A DNA stretch of 63,995 nucleotides, counting the filler, from Saprolegnia diclina VS20 (lineage: Eukaryota): NCBI RefSeq assembly GCF_000281045.1. It is 5 parts of 2 records of this genome, joined end to end, with 100 filler letters (N's around TTAATTAATTAA, not from the genome) between each part and the next. Parts side by side here need not be neighbours in the genome. Positions count along the whole stretch, not along the records: positions 1 to 25,120 come from NW_008246087.1; 4 more parts are not named here. One strand, written 5' to 3'. This document shows positions 1 to 11,197 of the stretch, piece after piece; the stretch's first letter is position 1, and the number at the start of each line of letters is the position of its first letter. Both the position numbers and the translations under genes were made by a program. The notes under the pieces are model-generated. The model searched no databases, had not been told where the DNA came from, and worked only from the letters and a program-made list of their open reading frames with translations.

Positions 1-2346
1 TGCGCACTGAGCAAGGACCTGACGCTCTTCCCCGCCGGCGACCGCACCGAGATTGGCCAGAAAGGCGTCAACCTCAGCGGCGGCCAGAAAGCGCGCATCT
101 CGCTCGCGAGAGCTTGCTACAGCGACGCCGACATCTTCCTTTTGGACTCGCCCTTGTCGGCCGTCGACGCGATCGTGTCGAACGAGATTTTCACCAAGTG
201 CTTTCTCGGTCTCCTCCGGCACAAGACGATCGTGCTCGTGACGCACTCGCCCGAGATCATTGCGTCTTCGTACGTTGACCGGTCGATCGAGCTCAAGCAA
301 GGCCAGCTGCTCATCACTGAAGTCGACAAGCAGGACGCCCCGATCCTCGTCTCGCCACTCAAGGCGCGGCTCGGGTTTGCAGCCGACGAAGAGCTCGAGG
401 TTGATCCGAAGGCGCGGGCGGTGCCGAACAGGGACCTCTTTCTGACGCCAACCATCGCATCACCCTTCCCGATGGACTTTCTGGGCGCCTCGTACACGCC
501 GTATGGCGACGGCAACGCGACGTACGACGAAGAGACGGCTGGCGGCAAGCTCATCCTCGACGAAGAGCGCAGTCACGGCCGTGTCTCGACCAAGATCTTC
601 TCGGCGTACCTCCAAGCGATCGGCGGCTGGCCGATGGTGTTTCTCTGGGTCGTGCTCCTCTCGGTGTGGCAAGCGCTCGCGATCGCCGGGGATTTCTGGC
701 TGAGTACGTGGAGTGCAACGGCGGCCGTCGTCTCGAAGGAGACATTTTTGGACCAGGCCGAGTACTACTTGGGGGTCTATGCGGCGCTGGCGTTTGGCGG
801 CATTGTGCTGACGATCCTCCGCACGGCGTCGATCTTGCTATCGGGCCTCAAGGCGTCGCGCGTCCTCTTTGATGACATGACGAAGGCGCTGCTGAAGGCG
901 CCCATGTCGTTCTTTGATACGAACCCGCTCGGGCGCATTTTGAACCGGTACGCTGGTGACGTGACGACGGTCGACACGCAGATCGCCAACACGCTCAGCA
1001 GCTTCCTCGCGATGGTCTTTATGGCGGCATTTGCGCTTGGCACAACCATTATTGTCATTCGGTCGTTTGGCTTGCTCATTATCCCGCTCCTCTTTATCTA
1101 CGTCTACATTGGCAATGTCTATGTGACACCCGCGCGCGAGATGGAGCGCGTCAACAAGACGACGCGGTCGCCGATGATCAACTTGATTTCCGAGTGCATT
1201 GAAGGCGCGCTTGTGATTCGCGCGTTTGGCCCCAAGCAAGTGCGCCGCTTCCAGCGTCTCCACCACCGCAACGTCGATGGCAACTTGGAGGCCAACTATG
1301 TGAGCTCGGTCTTTGCGCAGTGGTTCTCGATGCGCATCCAGCTCACGTCGGCGGTCATTTTGCTTGTCATTGCGACGTCGCTTGTCTTCTCCAAGGACTT
1401 TATCAGCCCCGGAGTCATTGGCCTCGTCCTCAACTACGCCTTCTCGATCCTCCCGTTCTTTGAGTGGATCGTGCAGTGCTGGTCGTCGCTCGAGACGGCG
1501 ATGGTCGGCCCCGAGCGGCTCTCCGAGTACGCGGCGATCGAGCCGGAGGCGCCCCGTGTGATCCACGGTGCGACGGCCCACGACTGGCCGACGACGGGCC
1601 ACGTGACGTTTAGCAACATGAGCTTCCGCTACAAGGAGCACGATGCGCTCGTGCTCAAGGACGTCAACGTCGACATTGCGTCGGGCGAGAAGATTGGCAT
1701 CGTCGGGCGCACGGGCGCCGGCAAGTCGAGCTTGACCATGGCGCTCTTCCGCATCAACGAGCTCGCGTCCGGCTCGATCTCGATCGACGGCGTCGACATC
1801 AAGTCGGTGGGCGTCAAGACACTGCGCAGTGCGATCGCGATCATTCCGCAAAACCCCGTGCTCTTCAAGGGCACGCTGCGCAACTACTTGGATCCGTTCA
1901 GCGACTATGGCGACGACCAGCTCTGGGACGCCCTCGGTAAAGTCCGCCTCCAATCGCGCATCGCGTCGGTCGACGGCCAGCTCGAGAGCCACGTCGAAGA
2001 GAACGGCGAGAACTTTAGCGTCGGCGAGCGGCAGATGCTGTGCATGGCGCGGGCCCTCCTGCGGCAGGCGCGCATCGTGGTCATGGACGAAGCGACGGCG
2101 GCGATTGACCACGAGACGGACCAGAACCTCCAGCGCGTAATCCGGACCGAGTTTGCGGCCTCGACCGTCCTCACGATCGCCCACCGCCTCGACACGGTTT
2201 TGGACTGCGACCGCATTCTCGTGTTTGACCAAGGCCGGCTCGTGCAGTGCGACAAGCCGCAGCAGTTGATTGACGACGGCACTGGCATCTTTTACGAGCT
2301 CTGCCACGAAGGCGGGTACCTCGACAAGGTGCTTGCGTCGCCGTAA
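1..2346 (+). CDS. ABC transporter C family (MRP-like), 5' part outside window
   Basis: Frame 1 from base 1 reads EIGQKGVNLSGGQKARISLARA...IFLLDSPLSAVD (end of NBD1). Then a second TMD (FFDTNPLGRILNR) and NBD2 with GRTGAGKSS, NFSVGERQ, IVVMDEATA, IAHRL. Confidence 0.96.
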   Translation, partial: CALSKDLTLFPAGDRTEIGQKGVNLSGGQKARISLARACYSDADIFLLDSPLSAVDAIVSNEIFTKCFLGLLRHKTIVLVTHSPEIIASSYVDRSIELKQGQLLITEVDKQDAPILVSPLKARLGFAADEELEVDPKARAVPNRDLFLTPTIASPFPMDFLGASYTPYGDGNATYDEETAGGKLILDEERSHGRVSTKIFSAYLQAIGGWPMVFLWVVLLSVWQALAIAGDFWLSTWSATAAVVSKETFLDQAEYYLGVYAALAFGGIVLTILRTASILLSGLKASRVLFDDMTKALLKAPMSFFDTNPLGRILNRYAGDVTTVDTQIANTLSSFLAMVFMAAFALGTTIIVIRSFGLLIIPLLFIYVYIGNVYVTPAREMERVNKTTRSPMINLISECIEGALVIRAFGPKQVRRFQRLHHRNVDGNLEANYVSSVFAQWFSMRIQLTSAVILLVIATSLVFSKDFISPGVIGLVLNYAFSILPFFEWIVQCWSSLETAMVGPERLSEYAAIEPEAPRVIHGATAHDWPTTGHVTFSNMSFRYKEHDALVLKDVNVDIASGEKIGIVGRTGAGKSSLTMALFRINELASGSISIDGVDIKSVGVKTLRSAIAIIPQNPVLFKGTLRNYLDPFSDYGDDQLWDALGKVRLQSRIASVDGQLESHVEENGENFSVGERQMLCMARALLRQARIVVMDEATAAIDHETDQNLQRVIRTEFAASTVLTIAHRLDTVLDCDRILVFDQGRLVQCDKPQQLIDDGTGIFYELCHEGGYLDKVLASP

Positions 2347-2702
2347 GCACGTCGCTTTGGTTGCCGCTTTTTAAAGATTTTATTCATCTATTGCTCGATT
2401 TCCCTACTCGTATCTGGAGTTATTGTTGAATGGACCTGACCTTGTTGTCTGGAAATGCGGCAGGATGTTCCTTACGACTGAGAGACAGTTTCAAAATGTG
2501 GTTGATACATTGATACTACTTGAAACGCTTGACAGTCGGACCTCATGACGTTATGATTCCACGGTCTCAAACACCGATTAGGGGTCAGCGAACCACTCAA
2601 GTCCAAGTACCTTTTGAGCACGACCCTTGGCGCCTGCACGTGGTCAACTAAATACTATGACTAAATACAAACTAGTAGTTACATGACATTTACTTGCGTG
2701 AA

Positions 2703-3800
2703 TCAACACAAGTTCAATGCAGAGCGAAAGTCGCTCTCGCGCACGGACGTATCAGACAGTGCTGTGCGTCGGGAAACGTCAACGATCGTCTCGGTCAACT
2801 CGGTCCAAAGCTCCTTGTTCTGCGCCAATGCGGCGAGCTCTGTGCCATCTTCGCGGGTCTTGAAGCGCTTCTCAAACGACGGGGCGGTGACGAGAGCAGC
2901 GTTGAGCGCGCGTGGCAGCAACGTCATCCGGCGGTCGGGCCACAGTACAGCGCCGGAGCGCTCCAAGTACTCGCTCATTATCGCGCAATTGGCGCAGTTG
3001 TCGGACGTGCTGCGAGGGACGTCGTGACCAAAATGGTCTGGTCGCGCTTGAGCGATTCGAAAGCGCGGCGACTTGGTCTGGCCATCGTCGAGGACGGCAG
3101 TCTTGTCAGCCAGACGCGCGCCAATTTCGCTTCGGATTCGACTCGCTCTCATTGGGGACACCTTCCGACCCACTTGGGCCTTGATAAGCTTATTGATGGT
3201 CTTGTGCGTCAGCTTGGACGTCGGCACGCGCTTGGCGACCTCGGACTGCATGACAATGTCCGTCATCTACAACCGGGACTTAGTTGATGGTCACTGAGGA
3301 TCCTCGTACCGCGCGAATCGACAAGGTCGTTTCACGCGCGCCCGGCGGCAAAGGACGCAGCACGCACATGTGGTTGTGTCGGAGGACCACGTCCCGGAGC
3401 TGGACGGTGCCGTCTTTCTTTTTTCTGCCCTTGATCAAGAATGGACAAGCGCTGGCGCCGCTCTCGAAGGCCTCGTGGTAGCTACATCATCAGAGCCTCC
3501 TGCTACAGCGAGGACGTGCTGCTAGAGGACTCACCGACACAACCAGGACCGCTCTTGACCAGAGCTCACGCTTCGCGTCCGGAAATGCGCCGTAAGTGCA
3601 AAGTCTTGAACCGTCTTTGCGAGCTCCTTGTACGTGGCAAAGACCACGTCGACCGTCAGACCGCACGAGGCCGCTGCGTCATGATACGCGGCGTCGTACA
3701 TCGTAGGATGCAGCGATGTGTGCACACTGGAATAGCCGTACGGGACGTCTAATCGGTGCAACCGACTATAGTCGCGGCCGACGGGATGGAACCGGCTCAT
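2703..3800 (-). CDS. MULE/MuDR-like zinc-finger protein without a DDE domain; spliced
   Basis: Removing GT-AG introns 3534-3482 and 3309-3267 joins ORFs in frame: ...WLCRYHEAFESGASACPFLIKGRKKKDGTVQLRDVVLRHNHMC...MTDIVMQSEV... This matches the C...CPF...HxH WRKY/GCM1-type finger of Mutator transposase N-termini. Start codon uncertain. Confidence 0.6.
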
Positions 3801-3928
3801 CACGAGTTGAATTGCACGGCAGAGTCGACGACAACCAAAAGGTTTAAGCTGCGTTCAACTATACCATACAAAAACGTAGATATCGCGCAACTTGTCCCGC
3901 GTCATTTTCCATCCAATTGCGAGCGTCA

Positions 3929-4549
3929 ATGGGCCCGGGTTTGAAGCGGCGACGCGAGGCTTCGTCAAGCGCAGCCTCGAAGAGAGGGCAGCCATTCGAG
4001 CTGCTCTACTGGGCCTTCCTTCTCCCTGCGTATGGCAGGCGACACGCATGTCGCGGTGCTTTCGCTGACCGTGTCAAGGCCGATTGCGGCTTCACGCTAT
4101 GGGCGCAGGGAAGGCAGCTCGCAGCTTCGCGATGGCACATGATCTGCAGCGTGAAAGGCTGCAGCGCGCGGGTCGTGTACCGCAAGGAAGAGAATGGTGG
4201 TGGCATCTACCTCATCGCGGAGAACGCGGGTCATACGCACGAAGTCCGACAACCTCCAACGCCGCCAGTCGCTCCAGAGCCCGCGCCGCCAACGGCATCG
4301 GAGCCCAATCCTACTCAAGAGCCGGAGCCCGTGAAGGCCAAGACACGGCATTTACCGGAGCCCAGCAAAGATTCGCCGGCTACTGCATCGGAGGCCAGGA
4401 CATCGTACCCCGAGACGCCCGTTTCCAGCGAGGAGCACAAAGGCGATGACCCAGTCGATGGACCCGCTGCCGATCAAGTTTGTGCACACCAAAGCGACGA
4501 AGACTCCAGGACTCAAGGAGGCTCGCCAGATCCGCCAACGCTATTCTGA
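3929..4549 (+). CDS. Small protein with WRKY/GCM1 (FAR1/FLYWCH-like) C-x4-C...H-x-H zinc finger and Pro/Glu-rich tail
   Basis: ICSVKGCSARVVYRKEENGGGIYLIAENAGHTHE motif; Inr-like TCATTTT at about 3902. Confidence 0.55.
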   Translation: MGPGLKRRREASSSAASKRGQPFELLYWAFLLPAYGRRHACRGAFADRVKADCGFTLWAQGRQLAASRWHMICSVKGCSARVVYRKEENGGGIYLIAENAGHTHEVRQPPTPPVAPEPAPPTASEPNPTQEPEPVKAKTRHLPEPSKDSPATASEARTSYPETPVSSEEHKGDDPVDGPAADQVCAHQSDEDSRTQGGSPDPPTLF

Positions 4550-5208
4550 AATGAATGGACCGTTTAGCATCGATTTTAAACAAGGGAATGCATTGCACTA
4601 GACAATACGGATGACAATGCTTCCTATGCGATAGTACGCGTAGTCATAGCGACGATGTAGAGGTCGATGAAGAGGCTCGTGCGATTCGGTGGCGCGTCGC
4701 CGAGCAAGTTGTCTTCATCTTGGTACCAGAGGTCGTCCACCGTGAGCTCGATGCGCGGCGGAGCCAGCGTCGGGTGGGCCCAGCGCACATGGTGCAGAGC
4801 CGCTTCGTGCGCAACCCCGTCTTCGAAATGCTGCATCGCATCGCGCACCTCGTCGCTCATCCCAGAGACGATGTCGCTCGACAATGGCACCGTGCCAAAG
4901 CTCGCGTCAAACTGGAGCTGCGGGCGCCAACCTCGCCGCGAACGTACTTGAGCGCAATGGCGCCAAAGCGACCAACCTCGCTTTGCGGTTTCTCGAAGAG
5001 CTTGATAGCGATAGCGCTTCTTGAGGATGATAAACCCTCGACACTTCACTTCGTCTCGAGCCCTCGACTGTGAAGAGAACGCGTATATAGTGTGGGAATG
5101 AGCGTGTCAATATGTTGTCGACTACAGGAAGCGGGAACGCGCAGATAACGAGGTCATCCGACAACGATTTTTTATGGCAACAAGCTCGCGCCGGCCGACT
5201 ACGTTATT

Positions 5209-6684
5209 CTATCGCACGGCGGTGAAGTCAATCGTGAGACTCGTTGTCGACATTTCGTGCTGGCGGTAGGTCACCTACACCTCGGTGAGTGCTCCGAAAA
5301 AAGCTACTTGATCGTGTGTACTTTGGCCATATCGAGGAGTCGGCGCGACGCCTCAAACTTCCAGCTAGTATCGGCATGAGGTTTACATACGACTCTGGAC
5401 GATTAGAAAGCATACTCATCCTTGTACTTGTCCGAGTAGTAAATGACATTCTTGATGCCACTCTACGTATCTGTTGAGCTTACTTTCATTGATAGGCGTA
5501 CTTGGATGATGAGTTTGGCGCATTCGTTACAAGGGAAGAGCGCCACGTAAATCTAGTCGATATGAGACATGTTGTCCTGCAGACAATAGCGCTGGCGAGT
5601 GTAGTACCGTGCAGCCGTGCACGCTCGAGGAATTTTTGTTGAGAATCGCATTCATTTCCGCATGACAAACATACTAGACAAAAGCACGTCGTATAAAAGA
5701 CAAAATTCGAGAGAGAGATAGTACGGGGTATTTGGTGTCGAGTGGCGACGCGGCGGATCGCGCCCACGGCAGCTCGTCGTCGTCGCAGCCGTTGGGAAAT
5801 CCGTTGTAGCCGATGCCGACAATCTTCTTTTCGCTGTTGACAATGCTACATCATATCTCGAGATGCGTCCCAAAGCTTGCTGAGAAGGACGTACCAGGCG
5901 CCAACTTGGGTCGACGGATCTACATAGTCATAGTACCCCTCTATAAACAAATACGAGCAGTGCGGAGCGGACCTTTGGACCGCATCGCACTCAGGAAGGC
6001 GACGCTCATGAAATAGTCGTCCCAGGACAAGTAGTCAGTGCGCTTTTGCACCAAGTTGGTCTCGGCATGCTCGGCGCGGGCCTTCTTGGCCGTGTGGTGT
6101 CCGTCAGCTTTGTCGTCGTCGTCGTCGGCAGTCACGGTCGCCGGGCGCTTCTTCGCACTCCTAAAGAGTCCACGTGTCATTGTCGGTGTGACGGTAGCGC
6201 ATGCGGTGACATACGCGATGGCCGCCTTTTGCTCCAAAAGGTACGCGGCCGTCGCCATTTTGTGGGTCCTGCGCATGCGGTGGACGTTGATGGCGTCATC
6301 GAGCTTCTTGGCGCCGCCGTCAAAGATGACTTCGCCGCACACCGTGCACTTGGACGTCGCGACGCCGTCGTCAGAGTCGCGCTCAAGCACCCAGAGCGAC
6401 GGCGCCGACAGTACCTTCCAGCGGTTCTCGACCGCGCACGGTGTGCGGTCCGTCTTGCCCGACGCCGCAAGCGACGCGAGGTGCGCGGTTACGCGCGCCC
6501 AGTACGCCGGGCCGCGCAGGAGATCGTCGGTCTCGTCCTGCGAGATGGTCTGCACAGCCTGGCAGAGCTGGTCGTCTTCGTCGTCGGCCCAGCGCTTCCC
6601 ATGCCCCATGAGTCCTTGGTTCGTCTTTGCTGCAGGCAATTTGGGTCGCCGCCTTTTTAGCCAATCCACGACCGTGTTTTGCAT
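5209..6684 (-). CDS. DCTD: dCMP (deoxycytidylate) deaminase with N-terminal Myb/SANT-like domain and C2H2-type zinc finger; about 7 introns
   Basis: Spliced reading gives [82 protein letters not shown]..stop at 5211-5209. HAE and PCxxC zinc motifs are intact. Start may alternatively be 6759. Confidence 0.93.
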
Positions 6685-7893
6685 ACCCGCCTGTGATTGG
6701 CTGGATCGCAATCGCAACAGCAATTTCGGTGCATGTGGCCCCGCAGAGCCCAGAGCCATAACGACGACTCGTATTCGAAGCTCCTGGTTCCACTGACTTG
6801 CGTACTGGGACCCTGTGTGGTACTGAGGCGCCTCGCTAACGCAATATATGCACGTCGATTTTGAAATGCACTTCTTATGAGGGATGTATCCTAACGTCTT
6901 CCCTTCTTCCTTTTATAAGAAGGATAAGAACGTAGTTTGGCTTTGGTGACGTGGCGCGTGCCATTGATATGGCGGTGGCATTGCGCATATTGTGTTGGTG
7001 AGTTGGCAAGTAATTGGGCGGATGCTAGAACATCACTAGATCGCATTATCGCGCTCGCGCTGCTGCTACATGTAGTATGAGGAGACAAGGTTAGATGAAG
7101 TGCACGTTCCTCAGAGAGTAGGGCGGTATCCGCCAACGTGCGAGGCGCCGAGAAGCTTTCGCTGACGACGCGGAGAAGCTTCAGCTGACGACGCAGTGTC
7201 ATGGCATCCAACTTGGTGGTTTGCATGGGAAAACCTCATCGAACGCCGCCAATGCACTCGGCGACCTGGGCGACGGCCGCGGCAAAATTTGGCGTTTGCA
7301 CGACGGCGGGTCGTCATACATGTCCTCTACTGCACTGGGGACCCATCGAGCGCTTCAAAGATGTGTATATCTGCAATTGAGAAGCCAAACTATCGAATGC
7401 TTGGGAGGGTTTCGACAGATGTTGCACGACAGACCCCTCCGCGTCTCGCCACATTTCTAGCCACACTGCCGCGCCGCGGAGTCTGTAGAGCTGTACAAGT
7501 GTAGTCCACAGTTATGCTCGATCCAGTATCCGAGTCGCAGAGTTCTCGATTCCCTTCCATAAATGTACCGTGAGAGGGATCTTTTGTTCAAGAAATGTTC
7601 TGTGACGAGAACCCGCTGATCCCGTGGCAGTTCTCAATGCCTCCTTCATGTCGTTTATACAGGGCGCCCAGCAACGACGAGTCGTTCGAGTCTACTAGAG
7701 TTTGGGTGATGCAAAAGACCGCAAGTGTGTACTTGTACACGAGCACAGCGTCGTCTTGGCGCGAAACAATCGACTGAATTTCATTTCAAAGATACTCTTT
7801 TGTATCGACCAATCCGATGGCGCTTCAACGAAATCCATCTGAGTCTGGATCATTGAACTTGGGCACCGCGAAAGATTAATACATGATGCGCTG

Positions 7894-8652
7894 ATGCAGC
7901 GTCGTCGGCGCAGCTCCACTGCATTGACGAAAGCAAAGGTTGAGGTCGTTTCAGATGTCGGAGCACCACGGAAAGACGGGCTACGGTGCAAAGTTGAAAT
8001 GACTCTCTGTTACGATGGCCTCGACACGCTTCGGGCGCAGACATGCCTCCTCCTCACGTTTGACGATGCCGCGCCCAGCTACGTGCTTGGCGCTCGCCAC
8101 CACCGCCCTGCGTGCGCTGATGCCGACGCCGGTGGTGCCGTTCTCGTCCAGCTCCACGCAGCAGTGAGCTCGCGACCCGACGCGAGATTGCACTTTGGAG
8201 ACCTCGTCTACATGACGACACCTTCACCAGGCGGACTGCATGTCTTATCGACGGCGGCGATGACAAGTCGTCTCCACTGGTCATCACGAGGCGCCTTCAA
8301 GAAGCGCAACCTCTTTCGCCTAGCACCGAGCGACTCGGCGCTCGACGGCGCGATCCAGATGCACGACCAGTTCCACTTGCACAGTGTGCGCTGGCCAACG
8401 CACGTCGTTGGCTTTGATGCCAAACGCTCCGAGCTCGTGCTCCGAAGGAAACAACACCCAGTCGCCTTCTCGGCCCTAAATGCGGCCACGTACGCGGTTC
8501 GATTGGCCAAGCTGCACCGCCGCCGTCAGCTTCGTCGCGTGGCGCTGCCAGTTGTCTACGTGGCCCTCGAGGCATCGCGTGTCGAGCACTCCGAGACAAA
8601 AGACGATGCCGTACTCGCATTTCTGATTCCCGACTTGGTGCGCGCACGTTGA
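7894..8652 (+). CDS. Hypothetical protein, paralog of 10013-10822
   Basis: 252-aa ORF sharing LxFG, LxWSS, LFR, DxFxLxSVxWPT and VAFSALNA with the downstream ORF. Confidence 0.65.
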   Translation: MQRRRRSSTALTKAKVEVVSDVGAPRKDGLRCKVEMTLCYDGLDTLRAQTCLLLTFDDAAPSYVLGARHHRPACADADAGGAVLVQLHAAVSSRPDARLHFGDLVYMTTPSPGGLHVLSTAAMTSRLHWSSRGAFKKRNLFRLAPSDSALDGAIQMHDQFHLHSVRWPTHVVGFDAKRSELVLRRKQHPVAFSALNAATYAVRLAKLHRRRQLRRVALPVVYVALEASRVEHSETKDDAVLAFLIPDLVRAR

Positions 8653-10012
8653 TGTAATGAATACTTGTTGTGCCATCGGCTTTTCCGTTTTCATCTGCGT
8701 ATTTTTACACTAAACGACGGTATGGGGCGTGACAAAGGTGCAGTCGCGCCATCCGAATATACCGATTTCGTTTGCGAATTCCAGTAGAACCTCGGCACCA
8801 CTGTACATCACGATCCCGACGACGTTTTATTCCAAGCAAAACAAGTACCCAGTTTGCGCTACGGCGATGCCATCGCCACATGACTGTACGAGTGGCTTTA
8901 CCACGGGCCCCGTGCGCTCAAGAGTACATACAATATGTACTCTTGGTGCGCTGCACCTACAGTTGAAGTCGATTCCATTCCTTTGACTGTTGGGGAATTT
9001 AAGGATGACCATGTTCCCCGTGCCTGCGCCTGTCCTCGCTACCAGCAACGTGCTCCTCCATGGTGTGGGTATGTCGAGCGTCACATAGTTTGTGATAGAT
9101 AGTATACACTGTTCCACGTATGGTGCGTAACAAGTCGTCGCCGCACAGCTCAGAAGTCGGAGACGGCTCCGTGTGTATATGAACACACCCGCGTCGTTAT
9201 GTTCCGAGTGCCCGTAGAAATTCGACGTGGTGATAACCGAGCCGCCAGCTTTTGTCGCCGGATGGCCCGTGCCACGTTTGAACAAGACCAGAAGTCCAGA
9301 GCACCCATAACCATTGCGCGGCTTGGACGAATCACAAACCCAGGATACCGTCCCCAAGGTGCTATGTTGCGTCAGTGCCGTTTGCGTCCAGTGATACGTC
9401 ACATCGGAACGACGAAGGCGATATAGAAGCATCTTAGAATAGAGTTAACGTGACGCGCAGCACCGCTCGTCATGGTCATCGGTCGATCGTGATCGGTCGC
9501 CAACCTTTGGTGAATTTCGACCACATGTGGAGCGCAACATGTGTCTGGTACGTTTCCCAGACGTATCTCATTTGTATGGCACAACACTTCGCATGGCGTG
9601 CATGGCTCGCTCGCGCCGCGAGCCAATGCAATTTGCAGCATAAAAACACCAGACATCAGTAGTGGCTTACGAGCACGCGCAAACAATCGTTTGGGACGTC
9701 GGTGCCGACTGCAAAAGGGACAAGCTTGATAAATGCGATCTCCAGTCGTGCATTGCGTTCAGTGGTACTCTACGGGCGTCAAAAGTTGGGGAAACGACTG
9801 AATTTCAAGTGCAACGCGGGCCACTCGTCCAACATTATACGGTATTATTCCGGCAAAAAACGTCGGACAGGAGTCTCCTGCGACGCGCAGGGCCATCTGT
9901 TGCGACCTATAAACTCTGACGCGTACAGTTCGAGTCGATGTTTGCTCTATCTCCCAAGACACATGGAGTTCGCACCTTAGATCATCGTATCGTTCCAGTG
10001 TCATTTTACATT

Positions 10013-10822
10013 ATGTCGCCACCGCAGCACACCCACAGCATGCAGCTCTCGTCGAGCATTGAGACCGCGACGCCCTTCGTCTTGACCTTTGACGTGACCA
10101 GCACACAGTCGGCCATGCTCGTCCATGAAGACCACAAGCGGCACGCGGCCGTGGCTGAAGCACGCTTCCTTCTCAACGGAGCCGAGTACATTGAGTTTGA
10201 GCTCGCGTCCAGCAAGCCCCGCGCACCGTCGTCGCCCTTGTACTTTGGCGCCGTCGTCCACGTCGTGTCCAAGGTGCATGGCCAAAAACGGTACCTCTGC
10301 GGGTCGTCGTTTCGCCGAGGTTTGCGCTGGTCGTCCGCAAGGTCCTCCAAAGGCCTCTTTCGCTTCGTGTCCCAAGACCACCTCGGCGGCCCGCTCCAGA
10401 TCCAGGATGACTTTTGCCTCCAAAGCGTCAAGTGGCCAACGTACTTTGCGAGCTTTCAGCGACAGAGTTCTGCGCACGCGCTCGGTCGACTCGTGCTGAA
10501 ACGCAGCATGGCACACGCTGTGGCCTTCTCCGCGCTCAACGCGATGCATCGGGAGTTTATGCTCTCGAGTCTTCGCCACCCTATCGCCCGCGACGACACC
10601 ATCCCGACCGTCTACGTCTCGGAGCACTCGTTCGACACGGACATTGAGCTCGATGATGACAACTCGGAAGTCGACGAAGCGATCTTTGTTCTTGATACGT
10701 TGCCCACCAATGGAAGTGTGCACTATTCGTCGGGACGGCTAGCTACGTCCGACGACGCGCTGCCGGTCGCCTACCGCGCCGACTGGCAGCGCCACTCGGC
10801 CCCAACCGCATGCAGTGCGTGA
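10013..10822 (+). CDS. Hypothetical protein, paralog of 7894-8652
   Basis: Same shared motifs (DDFCLQSVKWPT, VAFSALNA); host-like codon usage. Start approximate. Confidence 0.7.
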   Translation: MSPPQHTHSMQLSSSIETATPFVLTFDVTSTQSAMLVHEDHKRHAAVAEARFLLNGAEYIEFELASSKPRAPSSPLYFGAVVHVVSKVHGQKRYLCGSSFRRGLRWSSARSSKGLFRFVSQDHLGGPLQIQDDFCLQSVKWPTYFASFQRQSSAHALGRLVLKRSMAHAVAFSALNAMHREFMLSSLRHPIARDDTIPTVYVSEHSFDTDIELDDDNSEVDEAIFVLDTLPTNGSVHYSSGRLATSDDALPVAYRADWQRHSAPTACSA

Positions 10823-11197
10823 GTCCTTATCGCTCTAATATTATTTTTCTTATTGCTCCATTTCCCTCTCGCCAAGCTTTTCCGTCCGGTCGAGCTTCCC
10901 CAGAGAGCAACACACGGATATCGGTATCGACGGTATGCATACGTAAACGACACCCGCGGCGCCCAGAAACACACGCTGCGAAGAATGTCCTTCTTGCGCT
11001 GTCTCATGCTGTGAGTCAGGGATAGGGTGCCAGCCAAAACTTACCCAGCGTCACCGACGCTTGCTTTCAAAGGCAATTGGCGTCACGCCCGGTAGCTGTC
11101 AACTGACTTGTTCATACGACATGATCAAGGAAATGACTTTGTGAAAACAACACATTTTGGCCGTTTCAATCATATTTTGGGTCGTGTAGGGCTCTTT

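Noticed and set aside
4624..5049. 141-aa ORF downstream of the dCMP deaminase
   Set aside because: No recognisable motif or clear start; cannot be supported as a gene.
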